A stretch of DNA of 64,000 nucleotides from Yuukianura sp. NJ FZ-2021 (taxonomy: Eukaryota): assembly GCA_046563655.1 (NCBI GenBank), contig CM102287.1:6386001-6450000 (forward strand), read 5' to 3'. Made by a program: the position numbers and the translations under genes. Each line of letters opens with the position of its first letter. Positions within the stretch are counted from its first letter, which is position 1. The notes under the pieces are model-generated. The model saw only the letters and a program-made list of their open reading frames with translations, searched no databases and was not told the DNA's origin. Positions 1-12,798 of the stretch are shown here, piece by piece.

Positions 1-3000
1 TGAGTGGGGCGAATTTAATGGACACTGATGCCGCTGTTTCAATTTCTTGTTTTATTGTTGTTTACGTTCTTAAAATTTTCATAACATTTTCAAAATCATC
101 CCTTTTTATTGTAATTCATCATCCAAAAAGCATCTTCTTCACTGCATTTTCGCTTTAAAAAGACAAAGACACACAAGACGAACAAAAAATATGTATATGC
201 CGAGTTGTAGTGCAGGCATTTAGAACTAGAAGTAACCAAATTAACCATAATAGCTAATATATAAACTTTCGAATTTTTGGAGCTAAAGTAAATACGAAAG
301 GTTTGAACCCAACCGAATTTTGAAAATCCAGGTTGATATATTCCACGGTGTGTGGCAAATCTTCCGCTTACAATTTATCGTAACTCACCCGATACCTAAC
401 GTAATGAAAATTGTAAGTTCCAACGTTCTGTGTCCCGTTTGTTGATTATTGGCTGTATTGTAACATCTTATAGGTCATGCCGGCAATGTTTTGACCCTTG
501 GTGCCACACCTCTCTCGAATCTGATTTCAAAACAATGATTTAGCGTTTGCCACTTGAATTCAAGTGTATGTCGCAAAAAAAAATCAGATTCGATTATTTT
601 TGCAAACTGCAAGTAGCAACTAATAAGAACAAGACGTCCAAACTGCGTTAAGGTAAATAATGGTACGCAGAGCTTCACTGCGTTCATTTCTAATTCAAAA
701 CAACATTTCCAAATAAGCCAAGCCAAGAGGGCAGCGATGTCCTAGAATCGCTGGACGCTGCAGCGCTTTTCTACCAAAGCTACTTGAACCACACTATTGC
801 TTAAGTTCTTTGACTAAACTCGGTGAAGGACAGTTGTATAACAATGGCAGAGACCAGCATTCAAAATGGTACAGTTTTTTGTTCATTGTACTACAAATCC
901 AAATTGTTTAAAAATAGCAGTTCTTTCTTATTGTTATTTTGGGTGATTTCAAATTGGAGGCCAAAAGTTGAATCGGAATTGATTCTGCATGATTCAGCTA
1001 TTAAAGATGAGCTTCCCTAGAAATAAAAACAAGCAATGCTCAGTCTTGACGTTGACACGTTTCTAATTTGTTTTCAAGTACAGTTGCTCACTTCTAATTG
1101 GCAAAAAGTGATCTTGTTTTGGAATGCAGTACATGATCATGCTATTGATTTTGGTTCAAAGATCAAGTGGAATCGTGATGTTCAAGTAACCGATTTAGAA
1201 CTGATAGGCATGACTTCACTTTTCGAACCTGACTGACAGTTGAACAGATTTTGTGGTTACGTAAAAGCCACAACTTGACCCCGACCTTCCTCGTTGGTAG
1301 TCAATCATAAATATTGCTTTTTTAGGCACGCCTTTGCGTAAATTAGAATTTGATCTGAAAATCTAAATTAGAAATTCAAAACAAGAAATTAAATCTTTTC
1401 GAAATTTTTTGAACTTCTCACGTTCTTACATAATTCTTGATTATAAAATTCAAAATTCATGGATTAAACAACTTGGTTATAATTAGAACAAGTCCTGAAT
1501 AGGAACAATGACACAGAAGCTGTGACAAAGAAAGAAATAGTGTGACACAGGCAATAGTTTGCAATTTTGCAAATATTGACAACGCCTAGTCTGAACATGC
1601 CTACACACGCCTACGCCGCAAGTCATTCTGACTTGTACGTGTCACCAGAAGTGTCTCTGTTTACATGACGCTCAAGTGGCATGTTCATATATTACTCAAC
1701 TGGAACGCAAACGCGAAGGAAGTTTTGGCAAACAAAACTGTTAAATACGAACATTCCTTTGTATTCAAACATCAACGTCCAACGGATGAATAATTTCTAT
1801 TGCTTTAAATGAACTGAATTAACAATACATGATGAAGTTTCAATTTCAAACTCATGAAACATTTTCATTTATGGTTTTGTTTGTTCAAAATCTTTGAATT
1901 TCATAAACAAAAGCAACCACTCCTCAGACTTCAGCAGAATTCAAAAATGACCTACACGTATCATCGCCTAACGTTTAATATCACTGTGCAAAATTGCAAC
2001 CGATCTTCACTCCCATTCATCACTTCAGCAGGCGGCGCGTGTAAGTTTACCAAAACGTCAATTTTATGTATCATTTATTACTTTTCACGACTAATGATTT
2101 ATGGGAACATTGCGTAAGGATTAGTATAAAGTAAAGCAATACTGCAAACGATACCTAACATTTCATAGTTGCAAATATTACGTGAACGAACACAAAGAAG
2201 CTTGTAACACCAGCAAATAAAATACACTTGACACCTCAAAGGAAATTATGGATTTTGATTTCTAATTGACACGAATCATGCTGTGTTTAGTATCTTGGGC
2301 TAAGGAGATCCAGTTTAACTCTAATTGTAATCTTCGGCCACACCCACTTAATTGTGACAATGAGAAAGCTTTGTTGTAGAAGTAAGGGAACAAAAGCTAC
2401 CGTAGAAGGGCAGCTTCAACTTAAAAAGTGACATTGCTAAAATGGTAATCATAAGTCGTTGCTCTTGGTTCGAGAAGTGCTCTACTTTAGATAGTGTTAA
2501 TTACCAAAGTTTGATCAAAATGATTGGGGCAATGAAGGCTCTTAAGAAAGGATTTCCTGACAAAAGCTGTCACCAAATGTCGCTAGATTTTTAACTTTTG
2601 AAACCTACAGAAAAGGCGGAACTTGTCAATTTCCTATGAGTTTTGCACAAGTTCTTCCCAAAAGGCAAGAAAAGATTAATTTTTTTGATCTTCTTGCACT
2701 GTTTGAAATGATGTTTCAAAATTGGACTTTTTTAATTATACAAGTTTGTGTCATTGTTAGAAAATGTGTGCATGCGTGCTCAATATAAATTGACGTTGAT
2801 TTCACTTTCAAGGGAAACTGACTAGGTTTTAAATTCCTATTTAAGTTATGTACATGGCTACATGGTCAATTTAAATTCTGAGCTCTGTTAGGCATTAAGT
2901 TTAATGACTACTGTTAATTACTGTGATTCACCGCCGCGTGTGAATCACGCCGTGAGTCTCAGTTTCCCAAGTTGACAAACTAAACTTTTGTTTCCTTAAA

Positions 3001-3252
3001 GTTTTGCGAATAATCCATTTGTCACAGGCCCTTAGGGCAACACACAGAGCCATTTTTAGCAGTTGACCTCGGGAAGTTCCATGAATACAAAATTAGTCTT
3101 TGACTCATATCATATTCATATATTCATATTCAGATATCATAAGTTTCATATTCACTTGGATTTTTCTTAAACCAAGTCGTACAGTTTGTCACACACTTTC
3201 ATTTCAGAAGTTAAAGTACAAACTGCTTCTACAAGTAAAAATTATTTTCAAA

Positions 3253-4071
3253 ATGTGCACAGAAAGCCAAAGGTCAAAGGTGACTTTGCTCAAAATTTGG
3301 CTAATTTTGGCTAGCTTTTTAAAAATTTCGGCAGCCCAAACCCAAGGACCCACTGAAGCGGAGATTCTAGCTGCACAAGAATTTGACCAAAGTTTGCGAC
3401 CAGTTTTGGAACAAGTGCGACTCAAGAACAAGTTGCAGTATGGCGAGTCGTGTGACTTTGCTTCAGAAGAAAGAAGACTAGACCTTGGAAAGTCCTTCCT
3501 CAATTATTATCTAGCTTCGGGCGGTTCCAGAAGTCAAGCCGATATGAACGAAAAAGTACTTCGAAATTTCCAATCTTTGGCCAATCTTCGCGGAGACTTT
3601 TGCTCCGTCTTTGACAATTTGTTATGCAATACAAGCAGTCACTGCGACTGTGCTACGGCAGACTACGAACATGCAGTTCAAATTAAATTGGTACGAGAAG
3701 ACAACGCATGCGTTCTGAGTTATGGGTTACCTTGTATTCCTCAAAGTCCTCCATTTGGGAATGGCTTGGATCAGTCTCCAGCATTTGGGAATGCGCAAGA
3801 CAGGAGTTTATTAAGACCGAAAGCAAAATGCTCTCGCTTTGCTCCCTGCAAAGTCAAAAACAATGGAAAATTTTGCAGTGTTGGAAATGCTGATGCAGAA
3901 GTTGCTGCTGTAATGGAGGATGCTCTGCTTCAACCGGAAGAAGATCGCCGCGAATTTGTTCGCAAAAAACTGCAGGGCGGAGTGTGCACTTGCAGTGGCG
4001 TCTTATTCAAAGCGTTTGTGCCTCTTCTGTTCATGGCTTTGCCAATTGTATTGTCTAATCTTAAGTCTTAG
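3253..4071 (+). CDS. Intronless secreted Cys-rich protein (272 aa), probable GPI anchor; uncharacterised
   Basis: First ATG of ORF 3100..4071 is at 3253. N-terminal hydrophobic signal (LLKIWLILASFLKISAA), 12 Cys in the mature part including CxC pairs, and a C-terminal CTCSG followed by the hydrophobic tail VLFKAFVPLLFMALPIVL. AATAAA follows the stop near 4104. Confidence 0.8.
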   Translation: MCTESQRSKVTLLKIWLILASFLKISAAQTQGPTEAEILAAQEFDQSLRPVLEQVRLKNKLQYGESCDFASEERRLDLGKSFLNYYLASGGSRSQADMNEKVLRNFQSLANLRGDFCSVFDNLLCNTSSHCDCATADYEHAVQIKLVREDNACVLSYGLPCIPQSPPFGNGLDQSPAFGNAQDRSLLRPKAKCSRFAPCKVKNNGKFCSVGNADAEVAAVMEDALLQPEEDRREFVRKKLQGGVCTCSGVLFKAFVPLLFMALPIVLSNLKS

Positions 4072-5069
4072 AAACGAACTTAAAACGTTAACTGTCCTAT
4101 TCAAATAAAATATTAAATTAAAGATGAACAGTGAGATGATGATGAGATTGACCTGGGGATAGGAGCAGTCATTTACATATAAAGTGGATTGACACATGTG
4201 AATTTGGAGTTAGCCAATTTTAATTACAATAAAATCAATTTCTTGTTGACTTGCCTTGTTCGCTGACTATTGCGAAAATATGTTTACCGAGCAAATACAT
4301 CAATTGGGTCTTAAGTACGCAACGACACATTGGATTTTATTTGATTTCAAGGTTTATGACTATCAAAACCTTTGACAACTGATAAAGCGTGGATTCTTTT
4401 TGTAGTATTTTCATAGTATTTTAATTGTAAAGTGGAACAAAAGTTAACTGTGGACATCATTTTTAGAGTTTAGAATTTTTAAAAGTTATTTTTAATTTCA
4501 ATATAACTTGCTGTATTTGTGTAACTTTCTTTCTGTGGTTCAAATAAATACAATTGGCTGCTTTTCAATTTGTGGTAGATGGTTGTCGTTGATAAAAGGA
4601 CAGAGAAACTTTTTTTTTTTTGCAAAAATTTTTCATTTCCGTTTCCACCAATGCAGATATTCCAAGATCTGAACTCCAGATACATACATAATTAAGTCAC
4701 ATTGACACGTAACGTGCAAGGTTACATTCATACTACATAGCGTACTTACGTATTAATGCATGTAGGAAACGTAAATAACGTAATATGTCACACTTTCTTA
4801 AAATTACTGAAGATAACTAACCGAGTGAATAAATTAGAAAATAATTTATTGTGTGAATTAATTTAATTCAAAGAAATCACACCACAAATTTTCTGTCTTG
4901 AAAATAAAAACATGCAAAACAAGCTCAGGAAATCGTGAAACCGTGTGAAAATTTTTACAGCATCTTTACGCATATCTCCGTCGCTTTTACTGATTTGATT
5001 ATGTTACTCAATGTGTGAACTTTGAAATTGCAAAATCACAACCTATAATGTACATTCTGGTTCTTAAAA

Positions 5070-6075
5070 TTAGTAATCAATTGAATATGTACCAGCGTTC
5101 AAATTGATATTTGAGGCTGGATGTCCTTGAAATACATTTTGGGGTAGAGGTTGAGCATAAGCATTTTGTTGCTGGTACTGCTGCTGCGCAGTATACTGCT
5201 GATTGTAGTCAGCAATATAACCAGGTTGAACTTGTTGTCGTTGATGGTGTCGTCGTGATACGCGTTCTCTGGGACGCTGTTGTCTAGCAACCGGAAATCC
5301 CTGGAACTGCTGGCTCGGAAATGCTTGTAACGACTGTCCTTGACTCGCTGTTTCAGGAAGTGGTTGCTGGTTCGGTTGATAAGCATAAGGCGCTTCATAA
5401 ATTTCCGGACGATACTGTCCGTCATCGTCTAAATTTGAGCCAGTTAATTGACCATTTTGACGCTGAAGTTGCGCCGCTTCAGAAGCTAGCAATGCCTGTT
5501 GAGACAGTTCTGGAGCTATGCCGCTTCCGCTTGACACAAATCCGTTACCAGTGGCGCCATATTCAATTTCACGAAGTTGACCTTGGTCATCGTAGTACCC
5601 GTATTTTCCTTTGACCTCTCCAGAAGGACTCTTCGTTTCGACTTTGTATGAACCATCGCCACTTTCGTAGCCATAAGTGTAGCTTCCGTCTTTGTTGTGT
5701 CTACAAAATTGAATTTACAAAACTTTAGGCCATAATACAAAAACAGGTTTTTTAAAAAACATCTTAACTTTTGCTGTTGCTTTGAATTTTAAAAAATCCA
5801 CAGCTGAATTCATAATTGACCAAGTTAGACACAGATATCTTATAAGAAGTACTATTTATAATAAGTAATTAAGAATTTATCGATTTTCGAGACGTGGGAT
5901 TAAATGCAAACTTTAATTCATAGCAACAAATCGGGGTAAAATGGAAGAAAATATTGTGTGGCACTTACGTGTTGATTTCTCGTAGAATTGGAACAGGCGT
6001 AGGAGGTTGAGAGTTGAGTTGACCTTTGACATTGCTCAAAACGGCCAATGCCACAAACAGAACCGGAGCCACCAT
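5070..6075 (-). CDS. Cuticular protein with Rebers-Riddiford (chitin_bind_4) consensus, Cpr97E-like, 245 aa
   Basis: Exons 6075-5969 and 5700-5070, GT-AG intron, frame preserved. Protein: MVAPVLFVALAVLSNVKG signal, then PVPILREINTHNKDGSYTYGYESGDGSYKVETKSPSGEVKGKYGYYDDQGQLREIEYGATGNGF, a Q/P-rich region and the C-terminus GHPASNINLNAGTYSIDY. Closely resembles Drosophila Cpr97Ea/Eb as recalled. Confidence 0.92.
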
Positions 6076-6741
6076 TTTGTCAGTAGTACTTTAGTAGACT
6101 GACTGAGACAGGATGTCCTTTTATCAAAACATGCTCAAGGACATCTTAGGTTGCTAAACAACTTAATAAAAAAGTGTACGTGTCATGGAACGCCCAAATA
6201 AGCTTACTTTACTGGTCAACCTTTGAATTACCAATTACTAAACTAGCATTTTAATAAAATGGACGTGCATCGAGTCAATAAACAAATTGTATCGATTGAC
6301 TCATACAATTTTACATTTTGACACTGGCCTAGTTATCTTATTATAAATGATTCCACAGAATCAGGATGCTTAAGACATAAGTACAAGAGGGCAAATAATA
6401 AGTATCAACGTTCCACAATATGGAAAAAAATTGGCGTACAGTCCAGGGTACACCTTCGACCTTCACTGGATTACTTCCGCTTTCCGCCATACTAACGCAT
6501 GTGATCAACTAGTGCATGCTAGATTTGCATTTTTTTTTTTGCAAATTCATAGTGCGTTAGCAAATCATGCATTTTTTTTTGATTCCTCGACAAGATTGCA
6601 ACTAGATTTGACTTGCGGAACTCTGCTTATGGAAATGCAATTCGAGTTTTTCATTGTGATTCAAACTTTAATCTTTCCAAATCTCATAATCATGAACATC
6701 TTTGTGTGTTAAGTGTAAATCTCAAGTCAGTTAAGATCGCA

Positions 6742-8307
6742 TCAAAGTGATAAAAACTTCATAAGGGCTTCGTGGATAAGCCTTGGATTAATTGTTCCGT
6801 CAGCCGTATAGCGAACTCCACGCAAAAATCCATTGTTGTGATTCAGAACTCCATATTCACCAACAATGAAGCCATCAGGCGTCCTCTCCTCTACGCGATA
6901 CTTCCGAACATCACTTCCGTCCAGCACATAACCAAACTTCTTACCGGTTGGCCCCTCTGCCAAGGCCACTGGATTTGTAATTACACTGGGATTTGGTAAA
7001 CTCGGAATGGCCTTTGCCCTGGTCCCTCCAGTGTCCAGTGTCATGCGCACTTTTGGCATTTGAATATTAGTCCGAAATGGAATTTGAATCGATTCTGCTG
7101 TCATGCCCTCCGAAGCAGTTCGTACAAAAGATTGGTTTGGAATTAAGCCTAATTGGGTCAGTTCAGGAAGTTCCCAGCTTCTAGCAGCTAGTTGAGCCGT
7201 TTCGATTGTAGCCTGCATGGCATTTTTGTCCAGAACAAGTTCTTTGGGCTCATCTTCTTCGTCTTCTCCAAGTTCGTAGAATCTTACGGAAGTGTCTTCT
7301 TCGGCATCCGAATTGGTTGGATAGGGTTCAACTAATGTCATGATTGGTTCAGATCTTCGGAATTCCTTTTGCGATTCCCAAGCCTCGGGCTGTTCCCAAT
7401 TCTGTTCCGGTTGACCCCAAACTTTCTCCGGTTCACCCCACACTTTTTCTGGTTCTCCCCATACTTTCTCTGGCTCCTCCCATCTTGTCTTGACATTTTC
7501 AACTTCTTTTTCTGTAAGCTGACCAATAGAAATCTGCGGTTCTTGAGGTTGGTCACTCTGGAACATAAATGTGTCGTCCATGTCATCCGCCATGGCCTTA
7601 GGAATTGCTTCGTACCGTTCTGGATGTCGATCTAGTTTTGCTGGATCATCATTTGATCTTCTATTCGAAGTGTGATGCTTTTTTGAATTTTGGTTCTTCC
7701 GGTAGCTTCTTCGGGGTTCCGCTTCAACCGGTTCTGAAGCCGAAACAGAGTGACTTTTACTTACTACGGAAATAATTGGAGCTAATGGTGGAGGCGTAGT
7801 AGGCGGCATAGGGAAAGTAAATCTTTCTGCTGATTGATGCTGCTGCGCAAACGCGTTGAAGAAGGCTGAAAATATGTCAGTCGGAGCTGGATTCTGTAAT
7901 GACCGTGGGTACTGCTGGTTCCGTTCAAAGTAGAATGGACTTCGTCTGAGCTGGACTGGGGGTCTTGTGAATTGTGGTTGGTGAAAGTGCTGCTGGTGAA
8001 ACGAAGGAAACTTTTGGAATTGTGGATGGTATGTAGTGGGGTGAAAGTGACTTGGTTTTGGTGTACTTGAGGGTGGTTGGTAATGGAATGTTGTGTGATG
8101 GTACAGTTGACCTTTTCCGGATGACCTCGACGATGATGAAGAGGCAATCACCCGCACAATGGCATTGCTAGTGGAATTCTCAATGTTTGGGGGTGACCTC
8201 GAGAGGTCAAGGTCAGATCTGTCCAAAGGTAAACTCTGAGATGCAGGAATGTTTATGAGGAATAAGTAAAGGATGATGCTGTGCAACTCCCACGCCATTA
8301 AGATCAT
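6742..8307 (-). CDS. Secreted low-complexity protein (about 521 aa) with a C-terminal R&R-like motif; likely cuticle-associated
   Basis: Long single-exon ORF. The ATG at 8307 directly follows a TTGCAG acceptor, implying an upstream exon (candidate donor near 8939). Signal-like N-terminus, H/Q/P/S-rich body, and C-terminus YRVEERTPDGFIVGEYGVLNHNNGFLRGVRYTADG matching the G-x-Y...G-x6-Y-x-A-D core of R&R domains. Confidence 0.85.
   Translation of the reverse strand: MILMAWELHSIILYLFLINIPASQSLPLDRSDLDLSRSPPNIENSTSNAIVRVIASSSSSRSSGKGQLYHHTTFHYQPPSSTPKPSHFHPTTYHPQFQKFPSFHQQHFHQPQFTRPPVQLRRSPFYFERNQQYPRSLQNPAPTDIFSAFFNAFAQQHQSAERFTFPMPPTTPPPLAPIISVVSKSHSVSASEPVEAEPRRSYRKNQNSKKHHTSNRRSNDDPAKLDRHPERYEAIPKAMADDMDDTFMFQSDQPQEPQISIGQLTEKEVENVKTRWEEPEKVWGEPEKVWGEPEKVWGQPEQNWEQPEAWESQKEFRRSEPIMTLVEPYPTNSDAEEDTSVRFYELGEDEEDEPKELVLDKNAMQATIETAQLAARSWELPELTQLGLIPNQSFVRTASEGMTAESIQIPFRTNIQMPKVRMTLDTGGTRAKAIPSLPNPSVITNPVALAEGPTGKKFGYVLDGSDVRKYRVEERTPDGFIVGEYGVLNHNNGFLRGVRYTADGTINPRLIHEALMKFLSL
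7369..7482 (-). repeat. Coding 21-bp tandem repeat (WEEPEKV WGEPEKV WGEPEKV WGQPEQN WEQPEA WES)
   Basis: Visible directly in the translation and as repeated ACTTTxTCxGGxTCxCCCCA units on the + strand. Confidence 0.9.
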
Positions 8308-11300
8308 CTGCAACACAAAAAGGCTTGGCGTGAGAATAGAGTAAAAACTAAAATTTTATTAAAAGTAATAAATTTAATACAACAATTAAATTATAATTGA
8401 GAATAAAAAAAAATACAGACTTTTTTTTGGCCTATTTAGATACTTTTTACACGCCTGTTGCGGAATTCATTAGGTACTATCTTCGAAAACATTATTTGAA
8501 ACTTTGCTGGATTTTTGTCTAAATTTTGATTTATGAAATTTGTTAATTAGGACATTAACAAGCTGAACTTCGTTTTTTGTGTGAATTTTAAATGTCAAGG
8601 TCCATCCACCTCCAAAGGATTTCCTTGTCCTATTGCCAATTAGAGAAATCCAATACTCATCTTCCCATTATTTTTAGATTCATCCTTGATCTTCAGATGC
8701 TCATCTTAACTCATCTCTGGCGGCCCTATTCAATTTTCCTTTTGAAGTTAATTACCAAAGTTAAGTTGTATTTTGCTAATGAAGATTCCTAACGGCATGA
8801 GCTCTATGGGCTGGATCAAATACTTCTCAAGGTTAATAGTCTTCAAATTGACAGCCATAATTTGTGGCCAATTTCTAATGGCTAGAAGCACCTCAAAGCA
8901 TAAAATATTAATAATAAGTAGAGTAACAATCTAACTAACCCAGCCTAAATCCCTCTCAACCACTTCCCTAAACTATTTCACATCTTATTAACATAATCGC
9001 TATCAAATTCAGTTTTTTACTTGTCCAAATCTGCTTTTAAATTTTGGAGAAAAAGCCTCCAAGCTTTAACTTTTGTGTCCAAGCCCGGAACTCAACTGAG
9101 GTCCAAAGCCATGATTAAACGTCAATCGCTTCACTACCTCTGACGCCTCTAAAATCAATATTTCAATGCTAAAATGTGCAAAAACGAGCTTGGATAATGA
9201 GAAATTGACTGGGAGGAGTTGTGTTGTGTTTTGTTTTGGAAAATTGAAGGAATGCAGAATGATGAGGAGACTTAAATTGATGGTGATAAATGGGATATGG
9301 GCACAACCACTTCATTTGAGCATTTCTAACAGCCCAAGAACCAGCAGATCATGATCTCCGATGGACAGGATGTGCAAAAAGTTGCAAAAAATGGATTTGG
9401 TCATTAGTCATACTACAGCGAAGGAAAGTGACGGATCTGTGAGGAATGCCAGGGTCTTTGAGGAATGTTGCCATTTCATCTTCCATGTCTCTCTGCACCA
9501 TTTTTTTTATTGGCGATAATTCTTAACCCGCCTGTATTCCTCCGGGTATCAGCTTATTTCCTTTTGTCAATTCATATACGATTAAATTTTTTTTTACAAA
9601 GCTACATGTGGTAGCACTGTACAAAAAAAAATTATGAAAATTAATTGCTAAATATAGGAATAGAAATTAAAACATTAAACAAAATCCGCGTTCTTTAGCG
9701 AGCCCGTAAAATTATTGGATCAATAACATTTCTGCAGTCGTTTGTAAAGAAAATTGACCAAAGAAAGTCATTTAGAAAATTGCATTCTGCTAATTAAGTT
9801 TAAAAAATTACTGATTAAATTTAACAAAAAAAAAATTTTTTTTGTTTACCTTGTAAAATACCCTCGGCCGAGAAGACGGTCGAATTCTTGAAACAATTAA
9901 CTTTCGAAAATCCATGAAATTGATCATATTTTCTCAACTTTTGCTTTGGGAGCAAAAATTTCTCCTTGGCGTCTCTGGAGAAAGTGGAGAAAGCGCTGAA
10001 GAATTCTTCACTTTTGGCGTCTGTAGTTTCTTCTAACTTGTTTTCTAAGCATTTTCCAGTGAACAATTCAACATTCTGCTGTGAACTGTTGTCCTCAACT
10101 GGTGACCTTTGGCAAAGTTTTTATGAAGTGGGAAACGGACCTAGTGGAGACTTGGAATGATGAGATGAAGATGCGATGGATGGATTGGGTTTGAAATGAC
10201 TGTTGTGGCAAAGAGTGGAGATCCTTTGTTGATCTGTGGGACGAGAGACATATTTCCTTGATCTTGAGGTATGGACAGCCTCAGGAATGTTGGAGAAATA
10301 GTTGTGGGATATTTGTGCATACCTCGCATACTTGAGAGATCACTTGGGCTCGTGCTCTTTTTTTCCGGTAACACCTCTGCAGCACCCCATTTCGTCAGTC
10401 CAATCGTCCCACGGCGGAGGAAGGGCTCTCCCTGAGTCCAAGGGGCCTTGGATGATGAATAACCATAGCTCTGGTCATGGTCCGAATCGCGTGTCCAGCA
10501 ACCCACACATTCGTGAATCTTACAAAGGGACAAAGGGCACCACGCATTCCTTCTCCGAGATGCCATGGAGATGAGGATGCTTGGAATTCTTTCGAGATCT
10601 TAGGAAATTCCAATCCACTCGAACCGCAGAGCTCTAAGAGAAGAAAGTCAAACAGGACGCTCTCAAACCGGCAAAGATCCAAAACCACGCGATTGGTTTA
10701 AAGATTCGGCTTAACTTCTCCAGACAAAAAAAATGCGGCGGTTTTTAAATTCTAGGCAAGAAAAGATTTACCAATTACAGAATTTCAAATTAGGGTAAAA
10801 AAATTAGTGCAAGACCGCAAAGTATAAGCAAAGTCTAAACTTTTAGAATTCATCTCAAAAATGACGTGCAAGGTGTAAAGGCAAACTTTTAAAGTTCATC
10901 AAAATTGGCGCACTGCGCATGAAAATATTATCGAGTGGCGTATAATTGATGAAAAATATCACAATTCTAATCTACTGATTCTTTTGAAAAATGCCGTGCT
11001 CCATTCCCCAAGCATGGTTTTAAAATTTAGCGCCACAGAATCCTATTTTACCAATTTGACACTCTTTTAAGCGAAGTTTCTTGTCACGACTTTTATCAAA
11101 TATTGCATCCACACCGATTTGACCTTTGATAAACGCAAAGTTTTAATTCATTTCATTTGGTACTGGGAAAGTAAGTTTTGAACACTTTTTCCATTACACT
11201 TCAAATTTTCTAATATGCAGACTCAATTCATAAATCCCCTTGAGATGTATCTTCTGCAACGCTGAAAACAGAAATAATTAAAACACTTTGTGCTAAGTGT

Positions 11301-12798
11301 TCCTTCAAGAGGACACATTTGGAAACCTCTTGTAAACTTTGTAAAACTTTGACTGAGATTCCTAAGGATTGAAGTTTCCCATCGTATAAGAAGTGTGAGG
11401 CACTTTTGTAACCTTATTTGCCACAAATCGTTCCCTCCATTTCTCGAATTGATGCTTTCTATTTTGTGACTTGTTGATACTTGAAGTTGTAGCGGTTTTC
11501 GCTTTGTGACGTTTTTTAGTGTTCTTCAGTAGCATTCTTTGTGATTGTCGCCCTGTTCTTAAACGCTGGGAATTACTAGAGACGCATCCGTTTCCAACTC
11601 GAGAGTACTTAAACTAACCCGAATGAAGGGGACACTTCAAACCATCGGAATTCTAGCCACTCGTGGACCAGGATCTAACCTGGAGGCATAATGCCAAATA
11701 CCCGGTAATTTCCTATTTTTTCAATTTCGAAACAAGTGTCGAAACGAAGAAATTTTGTTTGAATTTTAAAGCTGCGTTGACGCTTTCACTTCATTCGCTT
11801 ATTAAATTCCTGGATTTTCACGGTGTTGTTTGTAAATTACGCTGCAAAAAATGATTTAAAAAAAATGAACGAATTTGTTCCAAATTCAATTCCATATGTA
11901 AAAACAAAGCTATGAAAAAGAAATTCAAAACTTCTTTTTGAAGACAATTCCATAATGGACATCAGCAGTTACGAACGAACTTTGAAGAAACTGTTTTTTT
12001 TCCCAAAAGTTGCTGATTTAAAACAAAAATTTCTTTCACCGTCGCCAAATGGCATCAACATAGAATTTCACAGTATGTCACCGCATTTCGTCAGTGGATA
12101 GACAGCAATCGTTGTTTCGCATCATTTACTCTACTTTGGCCCACGTCCACCCTCTTACCGTTGACATGATCCCAACAATAGGTGAGAAGCTTTGAGGAAA
12201 GTCATTATCGACTTGTAGACACTTCAATTCCATTCGAGTCAATAGGGGGATTGACTTTGTGGTTTGTGACAGGAAAAAGCAAGGTTTTGCCTCCTAGGGA
12301 TTCATTGTAGGGACTTAAGGGTCCTCCTTAGTACTCTGCAAAGTGTCCATGTTTGACAAATCCATAACGATAAGCCAAGGTTGAAAAGCCTTTGGAGAAC
12401 AAAGGCTACATCACTCCTGTCACCCATGATACGCCTGGATAGGTCAAATTAATTGCCAAGGATTCACCTAAACGCCTCCATTTCTCGCTCCATTAGCTAA
12501 AGGCTCAAGGGTACATTCAAAAATAAGCTAACAAAAGAAAACGTTAAGATTATCCAAAAATAAATAAGTCCAGTGACAAATGCTGTGAAAATGTTAAAAT
12601 GTAGTAATTATTTAAATCATACTTACAATTAATCCGTAGAGTTTAAAACTAGGTTAGATTATAGTCTCATGGGCATTAAGTTACACGAATAACTGATTTG
12701 TGAGATTTTGCTTTCTGATAAAGTTAAGCTTATTGAAACCGGCTTTGAATTGTGCAAAAGCTAACATAATCTAGGTAACTTATAGCCTAAAAGGTGAT

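Noticed and set aside
10141..10701. Several overlapping 74-141 aa ORFs
   Set aside because: No homology, signal peptide or splice structure; explained by locally higher GC in probable regulatory DNA.
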